Origin: Planctomycetota bacterium
GTDB lineage: Bacteria > Planctomycetota > UBA1135 > UBA2386
Assembly: GCA_965223545.1 (NCBI GenBank)
Contig: OZ245006.1
Coordinates: 1,856,001-1,920,000, forward strand
DNA: 64,000 nt
Reading direction: 5' to 3'
The position numbers were made by a program, and so were the translations under genes. This document shows, one piece after another, positions 9,436-18,166 of this stretch; within the stretch, counting starts at the first letter, position 1, and every line of letters starts with the position of its first letter. The notes under the pieces were generated by a model, which did not search any database, had not been told where the DNA came from, and saw only the letters and a list, made by a program, of their open reading frames with translations.

Positions 9436-11955
9436 ATGGCCGACAGCAGTGGACTCACCTGGGATCCGGACGCGCTGCGCGCCAACGCCGCGTGGTTGCG
9501 GCCGTTGGTCCGCTCGCTGGTCGCCGAGGACGAGGTCGACGACGTCTTGCAGGACACCTGGCTGCGGGCATTGCAGACGCCACCGCGCCAACAGCGTGCG
9601 TGGCGGAGCTGGCTGCGGCGGGTCGCCACCAACGCCGCCCGCGGCCGGCGGCGCGCCGACGCGCGCCGGCACCGGCACGAGGCCCGCGCGGCGCGCGCCG
9701 ACGAAGCTCCGTCGACGGCTGCGCTGGTCGATCGACTGGCAGCACAGCGGGCGGTGACCGACGCCGTCCTGCAGCTCGCCGAGCCCTACCGCTCCGCGGT
9801 GCTGCTGCGGCACGACCGCGGCATGAGCATGGCGGAGATCGCGCGCCACACCGGCGTCTCCGAGGCCAACGCCCGCCAGCGGGTGCACCGCGGTCTGCAG
9901 CAGATGCGCGCCCAGCTCGAGCGGAGCCTCGGCGCGCGCTGGCGGCAGAGCCCCGCGCTGCTGGCGATGGCCCGGCCCGCTCCAACCGTTCCCGGCCCGT
10001 CGGCCGGCGCCTCGACCGCGGCGCCGGCGGGGGGCCTGACCCTGACCTGGATCGCCGTGAACAAAGCTCCTCTGCTCGCCGCCGTCGGCATTGCGCTGGC
10101 GGGTGTCGCCACGTGGTTCGCCATCGCCCCCGGTGACACTCCTCCGGTCTCCGATTCCACCATCGCGGCGGAGGGGGCGCAGCTGCACGACGACACGCCG
10201 GCGCCGGCGGCTCCCGCTGCGGACCCCAGCGGCCGCCGCGCTGTGCTCTCGCCGCAGGAGACCGGATCGAGCACTGCGGCGCCGACCAGCCGCCGCGCGG
10301 GCCGCGTGCTCGACACCCGCGGCCAACCCGTGGGTCAGGTGCCGCTCGGCGCCCGGCCGCACCGGACGTGGACGACGTTCAATCCCCTGACCCGCAGCGA
10401 TGCCAACGGTGCGTTCCAGCTGGAGGGCGCGCCCCAGGACGGCATCCTGACGGCCGGCGCACCGTGGGTCGAGCTGCACACACACTCGTTCCACACCGCA
10501 CCGGGCGCCGACGTCCTGGTCGTGGTGGCGCCGGCGGTCGAGCTGCGCGGCACCGTCGCCGACGCAGGCGGGACTCCCCTCGAAGAGGTCGACGTCTTGA
10601 TCGAGCACGCCCGGCTGGTCGACTTCCCCCAGCAGCTCGAACACACCGTGCGCCCGACTCCACCGCGGCTCACGACCGACGACCGCGGCGCGTTCGTCGC
10701 GCTGCGCGTGCCGCGCGGCATGGCCACCCTGGTGTTCCGCAAGCCGGGCTTCGCCACGGTGCGGCTGCCGGTCGACGCAACCACGCCGACCACGCCGCAC
10801 GTCGTCCTGCAGGCGATCGAGGGTGGTGCTCGTCACATCGCCGGCCGGGTCTTCGACCACCGTGGTGCGCCGATGGCGAACGCGACGGTCGGGCTCGGCG
10901 GGCGGCAGACCACCACCGACGCCAACGCCGCCTACCGGCTCATCCTCCCGCCAGGCAGCACGATCCACTCCGATGCCGTCCTCTGGGCGGCCGCCGCCGG
11001 CCATCGGCCGGCGCGCGTCGACGGCTTCGGCGCGCGCGTCGCCGACCGGACCAACGTGGAGCACGACCTGCACCTCGAGGGTCCGCCGCTGACTCTGCAC
11101 GGCGTGGTCGTCGATGCCGAGGACACCCCGATGTCACAGCTGCTGGTGTTCCCGTTCGGCGAGCCGACGCTCAACGGCATGGACCGCGCCGAGGATCTGG
11201 CGATGCCGGCGGACGCCAAACCGATCACCCTGAGTGGTCCCCGGTACCGCGCGATCACCCGGACCGGAGGCGACGGCGCTTTCGCGCTCGGCGGCCTCGG
11301 CGACCGGCCGTACCGGCTGCACATCTACGATCCCCGCGACGGGTGGGCGTTTACCACGAGCCCATTGCGACCGCGCGCGCACGCACACCGGATCCCGCTA
11401 CCGGCCGACGTGTTCATCGACGTCGAAGGACGGGTCGTCGACCGCGACGGCAACGGGCTGGGAGGAGTCACGGTGCACCGATGGGTGCTGGTGCACGCCG
11501 CTGACGGTGGCCGCACGCACCGCGGTGGAGAGCAACTCGGCACAACCGACGGCGACGGCCACTTTCGCTTCGCGCGCGTGCCGCGCTGTGGCGTCCGCCT
11601 CGACTTCGGCGGCGTGGCGCTGGTGTCGCGCTCGGTGGAGCTCGAACACAACCCCTCGGGGCGCGCGTTGCAGGTCGAGCTGTTGCGGCGTTGCCACGTC
11701 CGCGTGCAGCTGACCGACCCGCGGTGGGCCAGCGCCTCGATCTCGTTCGTCGACGCCCACGACCGGACGCTCGGCATTCAAATGGAGCTGGCCACGTCGA
11801 GCGCGAGCTACACCGTCACCGACCTCGTCGAGGGCAAGTCCGAGGTGCTCGCCGTCAGCGAAGACGCCGCGGCCGCCATCGCCGAGCTGGGCGGCGAACG
11901 GCTGCGCATCCCGATCCGGCTGGTCCCGGGCGAGATCACCCAAGTGGTGCACTGA
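9436..11955 (+). CDS. ECF sigma-70 factor fused to TM helix and carboxypeptidase-regulatory-like repeats
   Basis: DEVDDVLQDTWL / RSWLRRVATN (sigma2); LAEPYRSAVLLRH..MSMAEIA (sigma4); TM; repeated GRVLD..G.P..D..G.F motifs. Confidence 0.88.
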   Translation: MADSSGLTWDPDALRANAAWLRPLVRSLVAEDEVDDVLQDTWLRALQTPPRQQRAWRSWLRRVATNAARGRRRADARRHRHEARAARADEAPSTAALVDRLAAQRAVTDAVLQLAEPYRSAVLLRHDRGMSMAEIARHTGVSEANARQRVHRGLQQMRAQLERSLGARWRQSPALLAMARPAPTVPGPSAGASTAAPAGGLTLTWIAVNKAPLLAAVGIALAGVATWFAIAPGDTPPVSDSTIAAEGAQLHDDTPAPAAPAADPSGRRAVLSPQETGSSTAAPTSRRAGRVLDTRGQPVGQVPLGARPHRTWTTFNPLTRSDANGAFQLEGAPQDGILTAGAPWVELHTHSFHTAPGADVLVVVAPAVELRGTVADAGGTPLEEVDVLIEHARLVDFPQQLEHTVRPTPPRLTTDDRGAFVALRVPRGMATLVFRKPGFATVRLPVDATTPTTPHVVLQAIEGGARHIAGRVFDHRGAPMANATVGLGGRQTTTDANAAYRLILPPGSTIHSDAVLWAAAAGHRPARVDGFGARVADRTNVEHDLHLEGPPLTLHGVVVDAEDTPMSQLLVFPFGEPTLNGMDRAEDLAMPADAKPITLSGPRYRAITRTGGDGAFALGGLGDRPYRLHIYDPRDGWAFTTSPLRPRAHAHRIPLPADVFIDVEGRVVDRDGNGLGGVTVHRWVLVHAADGGRTHRGGEQLGTTDGDGHFRFARVPRCGVRLDFGGVALVSRSVELEHNPSGRALQVELLRRCHVRVQLTDPRWASASISFVDAHDRTLGIQMELATSSASYTVTDLVEGKSEVLAVSEDAAAAIAELGGERLRIPIRLVPGEITQVVH

Positions 11956-13423
11956 CCGTCACGGCACGGTCGGCGGCACGCCGCCCGAGCAGCTCGCCCA
12001 CCGCCGCTCCCCCGGCGATCCACAACAGCAAGGGCAACGGCGGCTCGCGGCGCGCAGCATCGCCGGCAAACATCGCGACACACAGCACGGCCAGCCCGCC
12101 GCCAGCGGCGACGACCAACCATCGCTCTACGCCACGTCGTCGCGGCCAGCCGCGCGCCACCGCCAACCCCACCGGCAAGAACCACAGCAAGCCGACCGAA
12201 CGCGCACTCGCACCGGTGAGCGGCCGCTCGCCGGCCAACGCCGCGCGCAGCGAGTGGCGGCGACCCCACGGCAGGCCGTCGCGATACAGCGCGAACGTCC
12301 CACGGTCGTAGACCAGAGCCAAGTGCAACTCCTCGCCGCGGCGGAACACCGGCGACCAGCGGGCTGCCAGGCGGGCATCGCGACGACCGGTCTTTGCGCA
12401 AGCAACGCGGAACACCAGCGCCGCGCCGTCCTGGCCGATGGTGAAGTTGCGCTCGTGGACATCGGTGGACGAGGTCACGATGCGCGCCGGCCCGCCCTGC
12501 GCCGTGCTGTCGAGTGCACAGCGGAACTCGATCGAGAACGCGTCGTCCTGCGCCAGCGCGCCCGTCAACATCGCGGTATCGCCGCGCACCTGCCACGGGT
12601 TCGCCTCGCCGTCGATCACGCGCAGAGCACCCGCCGCGACCTCCGCCGACCCGGGCACGGCCGGCGCCAACATCAGCGCCGATCCCACCGGCGCATCTCC
12701 GGCCAAGTCGAACGCGGCGATCATGCCGCGCCCGGCCCGCACCGCCCGGCCGGCGGCCGAACGCAGCGGCGTCGCCGCCAGCGCGGCGGCAGCGTCCGCC
12801 GGCAGCGCTCCCTCGAAGAAGACCAGGTCGCCGAGCCGCCCGCGCCACGGTCGCTGACCATCGGCCTCGTTGCCCACCGTGAGCGGCGCGTCGCGCTGCC
12901 ACGGGTCCAGCCCGTAGCCCGTGTGCGCACGCCACACGCAGACGACGCAGCCGACAAGCCACGCCACCGCCGACAACCACCACAGCACAGGCAACCGGCG
13001 GTCGGCCGGACGCGCCAGAATCGGCTGCAGTTGGCGCCCGACCATCAGTCCAACCAGCACGGCCAGCCAGTTGGTGGCCCAATCCCACGCGGTCGCGTGT
13101 CGACCCGGCACCCACAGCTGGGCCAGCTCCAACACCGAGCACAGGCCGCCGGCGAACACCGCCGCGACGCCCCCCCGCCGCAACACACCGCCCGCGGCGA
13201 GCATCAGTCCCAGCGCACCGAAGGCGAGCACGTGCTCCCCGACCCCCCGTGGCGTCGGCGCCGTCGCGATGTCGATGGCCTGCGCGGCGGGCACGCCGCC
13301 CATCGCCACCCGCGCCTCGCGGAACGGCAGGACGCTCAGCACCACGACCACGCACAGCAGCACGCGCGCCAGCCCGTCGGCCAAATCGGACCAGGTCGCG
13401 CACGCGACCGGCGCCTTGGTCAC
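11936..13423 (-). CDS. VanZ family membrane protein with LamG-like insert
   Basis: HVLAFGALG, LELAQLWVPGRHATAWDWATN (VanZ); HLALVYD..LYRDG (LamG); GTG overlaps the upstream stop (GTGA). Confidence 0.75.
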   Translation of the reverse strand: MTKAPVACATWSDLADGLARVLLCVVVVLSVLPFREARVAMGGVPAAQAIDIATAPTPRGVGEHVLAFGALGLMLAAGGVLRRGGVAAVFAGGLCSVLELAQLWVPGRHATAWDWATNWLAVLVGLMVGRQLQPILARPADRRLPVLWWLSAVAWLVGCVVCVWRAHTGYGLDPWQRDAPLTVGNEADGQRPWRGRLGDLVFFEGALPADAAAALAATPLRSAAGRAVRAGRGMIAAFDLAGDAPVGSALMLAPAVPGSAEVAAGALRVIDGEANPWQVRGDTAMLTGALAQDDAFSIEFRCALDSTAQGGPARIVTSSTDVHERNFTIGQDGAALVFRVACAKTGRRDARLAARWSPVFRRGEELHLALVYDRGTFALYRDGLPWGRRHSLRAALAGERPLTGASARSVGLLWFLPVGLAVARGWPRRRGVERWLVVAAGGGLAVLCVAMFAGDAARREPPLPLLLWIAGGAAVGELLGRRAADRAVTVSAPLG

Positions 13424-13830
13424 CGTGCCTCGTCCGGCGCGAGGAGCTCGATGCCCGGACAAAAGCGGCGCGCCTGCTCGACCACCGCGGGGATCCGCAT
13501 GCCCGGCCAGTAGGGCCAGCTGCGGCACTGCGCGGGCCGCGCCTCGTAGACGGTGCAGCGCGCCACTGCGCCGTCGGCGAGCATCGGACACCGCCCCCCC
13601 GGCCCGTCGCGCAGTCGATCCCCGCGCGGATCGACGAAGCGCGAGCGGAACCCGGCGGTGCTCATCGACCGCGCCGCCGCCATCGCTCCCACCTCCGCGT
13701 CAGTGACGCGGACGACGCCGGCGGGCCGCGCGCAGCAGTTGCCCGAGCGCCGGCAGCGGAAACGAAAGCCGAACGTGCGCGCGCGCTCCGCGTCGCCGTC
13801 GGTCTCGCTCTTGCCGTCGAACTCGCGCAT
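13420..13830 (-). CDS. YkgJ family cysteine-cluster (CxxCxxCC) protein
   Basis: FRCRRSGNCC, CPML, CTVYEARPAQCRSWPYW, CPGI. Confidence 0.88.
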   Translation of the reverse strand: MREFDGKSETDGDAERARTFGFRFRCRRSGNCCARPAGVVRVTDAEVGAMAAARSMSTAGFRSRFVDPRGDRLRDGPGGRCPMLADGAVARCTVYEARPAQCRSWPYWPGMRIPAVVEQARRFCPGIELLAPDEAR

Positions 13831-13840
13831 CGACGCCCGC

Positions 13841-14905
13841 TCACATGAAGCGCCGCATGCGGCGCTTCCCCTTGCCGCGCCGGGCGACACCCCGCTCGGC
13901 ATCGCGCTCGCGCGCCCGCGCGTCGAGGTGGTTGCGGATCTCGGCCACCAGATCGTCGGGGCTCTGGAAGCGGATCTCCTTGTCCTTCGCCATCATCTTC
14001 TCGATGAAGTAGTGCGTCTGGGGACTGAGCTGCAGCGCGCGGATCGCGTCACCGGACAACGCCTCGCGCACCTGCTTGGCCATGATCTCCTCGCCCGACT
14101 CGCCGGCGAACGGCAACGAGCCGGTGACCAAGTGATAGAGCGTGGCACCGAGCGAGTAGATATCGGCGCGCACGTCGAGCTCGCGCTGCCCCTTGGCTTG
14201 CTCGGGCGAGATGTAGGCCACCGTACCCGCGGTGGTCGCCGCTTCGTCCGCCGCGCCGGCATCGGTGGTCGCGACCGCGAAGCCGAGGTCGATGAGCACC
14301 GCACGCCCATCGCCGGTCAGCATGATGTTCCCCGGCTTGACGTCCCGGTGCACCAGACCACGGCCCTGCAGATAGCCCAGCGCGGCACCGATCTGCATCA
14401 CCACGTCCAGCGCTAGGTCCTCGTCCAAGCGGCGGTCATCGCCGACCTCGTCCTGCAGACAGCGGCCGTCGATGCACTCCATGGCGCAGAAGAAGACGTC
14501 TCCCTCGCGCGCCACCCGCAATCCCTTGACGATGTGCGGACAGTCGAGCTCGAGCAACAGCTTGGACTCGCGCACGAACGACTCGAGTGCTGTCCGATCG
14601 GCGGCGAGCTGCGACTTGAGTACTTTCAGCGCAACATTGTTTCCGCTCTTTCGGTCGCGCGCACGGAACACGCGCGCGGTACCGCCTTCGCCGAGCAGGT
14701 CGCCGAGTTCGTATCGCGACAGCTCGGGGCGCGTGCCGGCATCGGTACGCATCCAGGTCGCCCATTGCTCGTCGCTGACCGTGCCACCCCGCACCAAGAA
14801 CTCACGCGGAGTCCCCGACGCCACCGCCTTGGCGGCGATGTCCCGCGGCAGCAGACCACGGTGCACCAGCAGCGCCAGGAGCTTGGTTTCGGCCGGATCA
14901 GTCAT
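13841..14905 (-). CDS. Cytoplasmic Ser/Thr protein kinase
   Basis: GEGGTARV, VALK, HRDVKPGN, DLG, YISPEQ, DIYSLG; no TM. Confidence 0.92.
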   Translation of the reverse strand: MTDPAETKLLALLVHRGLLPRDIAAKAVASGTPREFLVRGGTVSDEQWATWMRTDAGTRPELSRYELGDLLGEGGTARVFRARDRKSGNNVALKVLKSQLAADRTALESFVRESKLLLELDCPHIVKGLRVAREGDVFFCAMECIDGRCLQDEVGDDRRLDEDLALDVVMQIGAALGYLQGRGLVHRDVKPGNIMLTGDGRAVLIDLGFAVATTDAGAADEAATTAGTVAYISPEQAKGQRELDVRADIYSLGATLYHLVTGSLPFAGESGEEIMAKQVREALSGDAIRALQLSPQTHYFIEKMMAKDKEIRFQSPDDLVAEIRNHLDARARERDAERGVARRGKGKRRMRRFM

Positions 14906-15003
14906 CGTCTCAGACCCCGCTCGCACACTGCCTTGCAGCGAGCGTCAAGTCCAGCTGCAGGCCGGCCGAAGTAGAAACCAAGGCGCGAAACTGGGGGGGA
15001 ACG

Positions 15004-16338
15004 GTGAAGCAAGCGGACAACCACGTCGTGGTGAAGTACTTCGACCTGATCGACGAGTTCATCAAGATCCGCAGCTGCTCGGAAGACGTGCTCAGTGAGC
15101 TGGCCCGCTCGCCGGTGCACAACAAGGCCAGCTACCGCCGCCGTATTGTCGAGGTCTGCGTCCCGGACTTCGAGACGGAAATCCTCCACGCGCTGGAGAA
15201 GCTCGACGAGGAGTACGACGCCGAGATCGTCGAGGAGCTGCTCTACCAGATCTGCATCGACGTCAACCCGGCCCTGGAGATCCACCAGGTCAACCTACCG
15301 ACCAATCCGGATAGCGAGGCCGGGGACGTCCTGCCACGGGAAGGCCAGCGCGACCGGCAGCAGCTGTTTCGCAAGGTGATGGGTCTGGAGCGGACGCTGC
15401 GCGGACAGATCGTCGGCCAGGACGAGGCGATCTCGACCTTCGTGCGCGCGATCAAGAAGGCGGCGGTCGGCCTCAAGCCACCGACGACTCCAGTGGGCAC
15501 GTTCTTCTTGGTCGGGCGCACCGGCACCGGCAAGACCGAGCTCGCCAAGGCAATCGCGCGCACGCTCTACGACGATCCGGGCCGGATGGTGCGCATCGAC
15601 TGCTCGGAGTACGCCCTGCCGCACGAGTACGCCAAGCTGATCGGTTCGCCGCCGGGCTACATCGGTCACAGCGAGGGCGGCTTCCTCACCGAGGCAGTGC
15701 GCAAGAAGAAGAACTGCGTCGTGTTGTTCGACGAGATCGAGAAGGCGCACCCCAAGGTGCACAATCTGCTGCTGCAGCTGCTCGACGAGGGCATCCTCAC
15801 CGACAGCAAAGGGCAAGTGGTGTCCTTCGCCAAGACGTTGGTCATCCTGACCAGCAACCTGGGCATCGAGAAGATCGACGCGATCCGCTCGCGAATGGGC
15901 TTCCGCCGCCCGGAAGACGCCGGCCTCGCCGGCACCGACCTGAAGACCGCGACCCTGGAAGCCTTCAAGGAGGCCTTCCGCCCCGAGTTCGTCAACCGCA
16001 TCGACGAGCTCGTCGTGTTCAACCCGCTCGATCTCAAGGTGTGCGCGCGCATCGCCCAACGCATGCTGCGCGACGTCGCCGAGCTGCTGTCGCGGCACGG
16101 CATCAAAGTCGACTTCTCCCCCGGCGTGCGTCACGCGTTGTCGCGCGAGGGTTTCTCGGAGGAGTACGGCGCGCGCGAGCTGCGGCGGCTGGTCAAGCGG
16201 CGCATCGAAGACCCACTGACCGAGTTGATCCTGTCGGACTCGCTGGGCGTGGGTGCCCGGCTGTCGGTGCGCATCAAGAGCGGCACGCCGCAGATCGCCG
16301 TGGTCGAGAACGGCCGCCCGGCGATGCAGTCGGTCTAA
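15004..16338 (+). CDS. ClpC/ClpB NBD2-like single-domain AAA+ ATPase
   Basis: IVGQDEAI, GRTGTGKTEL, LIGSPPGYIG, VLFDEIEKAH, MGF loop, FRPEFVNRID, YGARELRR. Confidence 0.88.
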   Translation: MKQADNHVVVKYFDLIDEFIKIRSCSEDVLSELARSPVHNKASYRRRIVEVCVPDFETEILHALEKLDEEYDAEIVEELLYQICIDVNPALEIHQVNLPTNPDSEAGDVLPREGQRDRQQLFRKVMGLERTLRGQIVGQDEAISTFVRAIKKAAVGLKPPTTPVGTFFLVGRTGTGKTELAKAIARTLYDDPGRMVRIDCSEYALPHEYAKLIGSPPGYIGHSEGGFLTEAVRKKKNCVVLFDEIEKAHPKVHNLLLQLLDEGILTDSKGQVVSFAKTLVILTSNLGIEKIDAIRSRMGFRRPEDAGLAGTDLKTATLEAFKEAFRPEFVNRIDELVVFNPLDLKVCARIAQRMLRDVAELLSRHGIKVDFSPGVRHALSREGFSEEYGARELRRLVKRRIEDPLTELILSDSLGVGARLSVRIKSGTPQIAVVENGRPAMQSV

Positions 16339-16429
16339 ACAGCGATCGCAACGCGGAGTCGGGCACCTCGCCCGAATGCGGTGGCGCCCACCTATCGCGC
16401 GCGCAGGCCGGCGGTAGGCTGTAGCGGCG

Positions 16430-16978
16430 ATGAACCTCGCCGTCCTCGTCTCCGGCGCCGCGGCCGCCGCGGTGGCTGCGCTGTGCCTGGCACCGCAGCA
16501 GGACCCCGTCACGCCGACCTCATCCGACCCTGCCGTCGGCACACCGCGCGTCGCGACGATCACCGCGAACCCCGGTGGCGGTCAAACCGACGCCGCCCCC
16601 CGCCTACCACCGGAGCTGCACCTCCCGCTGCCGCCGCATGCACGCATCGCGCTGCGCCTGCCGCGAGGGTTGCGTTCCGGCCTGCGCTGTCCGGACGGCA
16701 GCTTTTTGCCCCTGCTCAACGGAGTGCCGCACGCCAGCCCGATCCATCGGTCGCCGCACGACGGCCCGCTGCCGCCAGTCGTGGCCAGGCGGACCGACGC
16801 CGATGGCGATGACTGGTACGAGCACGCGGACGGCTCGCTGACCACGACGCGCTGGGTCGACGTCGAAGTCGGCGGCGTGGTGCGCCCAGACGTCGTCACC
16901 AGCCACCACGCGCCGGTTGACGCGCACGCGCGACCGCTGCCCTCCTCCAAAATCCCGGCGCCGACCACCCAACGATGA
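16430..16978 (+). CDS. Hypothetical exported protein
   Basis: Hydrophobic N-terminus; CPDGSFLPLLNGV and WYEHADGS; stop overlaps next ATG (ATGA). Confidence 0.6.
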   Translation: MNLAVLVSGAAAAAVAALCLAPQQDPVTPTSSDPAVGTPRVATITANPGGGQTDAAPRLPPELHLPLPPHARIALRLPRGLRSGLRCPDGSFLPLLNGVPHASPIHRSPHDGPLPPVVARRTDADGDDWYEHADGSLTTTRWVDVEVGGVVRPDVVTSHHAPVDAHARPLPSSKIPAPTTQR

Positions 16979-18156
16979 TCCACACCCGACCGGTCATGGC
17001 CGCCCTGCTGCTCGCGGGCACCGTCTTCGCTCAGTCGACCTACGACGAGGTCGTGCGCAGCAACGAACCCTGGGTGGTCTTCGCCTCCGCCACCAGCACC
17101 GCCACCGGGCTTCCCTACAACTACGACGCGGTCAACCCTCCGGAGTACTCGGCCGGGACGCTGGGCAGTCCGGTCGGTGTACCGGCGAACACCTGGAGCT
17201 GGCGGATCATCCCGGGCTCTGCGAACTTCCGCGCCGGCGTCCGGCGCGTCGCTGGCTTCCGCCACTCACAGGTCATGTCGGGCGAGACCCAGCCGGCCAA
17301 CTACGGCGGCGCTTACGAAGCCGAGACGGTTCTGGCCGGCGTCGTCGCCCGACCGTCGGCGCCCGCCGGGGCCCGCAACCCGGACTGGAGCAAAGTGCTG
17401 GTGCGGATCCCCGCGCTGGCCGCGGCGGGAGCCCCCTCGCAGCTGTACCGCGTGACCCGCACGCTGGCGTCGCCGATCGCGGTGTCCAGCAGCCCGGGGG
17501 CGAGCGGCACCATCGACCTGGCGCTCGCCGTCAAGTTCAACGGGGGCGAGAGCAAGTGGATCGACGGAGCGCAGGGATTCGCCGCCACTTGGTGGGACGG
17601 CCCGACGCCATGGAACACGAGCGGCTTCTACTACCCGGGTACGAACACCACGACGTTCAACACGGACCCGCGCTTCGTGCTCTACCTGAACTACCTCGAG
17701 GCGGAGCCGGCGATCGCCCTGCACTCGGACTGGGGTCACTGGCAGAGCACCGGCGCGGGGGGCTTGCCCGGGCCGATCCTCGGCCACTCGATCGGCACCT
17801 ACTTCGGCAATCTGGCGAGCACCGCCGGCAACCTCGGCGTCAGCGTGCGCGCCGGCAACTACCCCAACGGCATCGCGCTGGTGCTGCTCAACTTCGGCCC
17901 CTACTTCGCCGGCTCGTTCCAGTTCTTCGGTCAAACCCTCGAGCTCAACCCCACCGATCCGGTGCTGACGCTGTTGTTGGGTCTACCGGGCATCGGCCTG
18001 CTGCCACTCGACGGCGCCGGCAACACCGACGGTGCCAAGATCCCGATTCCGCAGAACGCCGCCTGGCTCGGCACGACGCTGGGCTTCGAGGCCTTCATCG
18101 CCGACCGGACCGGCCAGGTGCGGGCCAGCACGGGCTCGGCTTTCGTTCGCAACTGA
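16975..18156 (+). CDS. Secreted hypothetical protein with shared C-terminal domain
   Basis: Signal peptide ending VFA-Q; C-terminus IPIPQNAAWLGTTLGFEAFIAD. Confidence 0.75.
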   Translation: MIHTRPVMAALLLAGTVFAQSTYDEVVRSNEPWVVFASATSTATGLPYNYDAVNPPEYSAGTLGSPVGVPANTWSWRIIPGSANFRAGVRRVAGFRHSQVMSGETQPANYGGAYEAETVLAGVVARPSAPAGARNPDWSKVLVRIPALAAAGAPSQLYRVTRTLASPIAVSSSPGASGTIDLALAVKFNGGESKWIDGAQGFAATWWDGPTPWNTSGFYYPGTNTTTFNTDPRFVLYLNYLEAEPAIALHSDWGHWQSTGAGGLPGPILGHSIGTYFGNLASTAGNLGVSVRAGNYPNGIALVLLNFGPYFAGSFQFFGQTLELNPTDPVLTLLLGLPGIGLLPLDGAGNTDGAKIPIPQNAAWLGTTLGFEAFIADRTGQVRASTGSAFVRN

Positions 18157-18166
18157 TGGTGTCACG

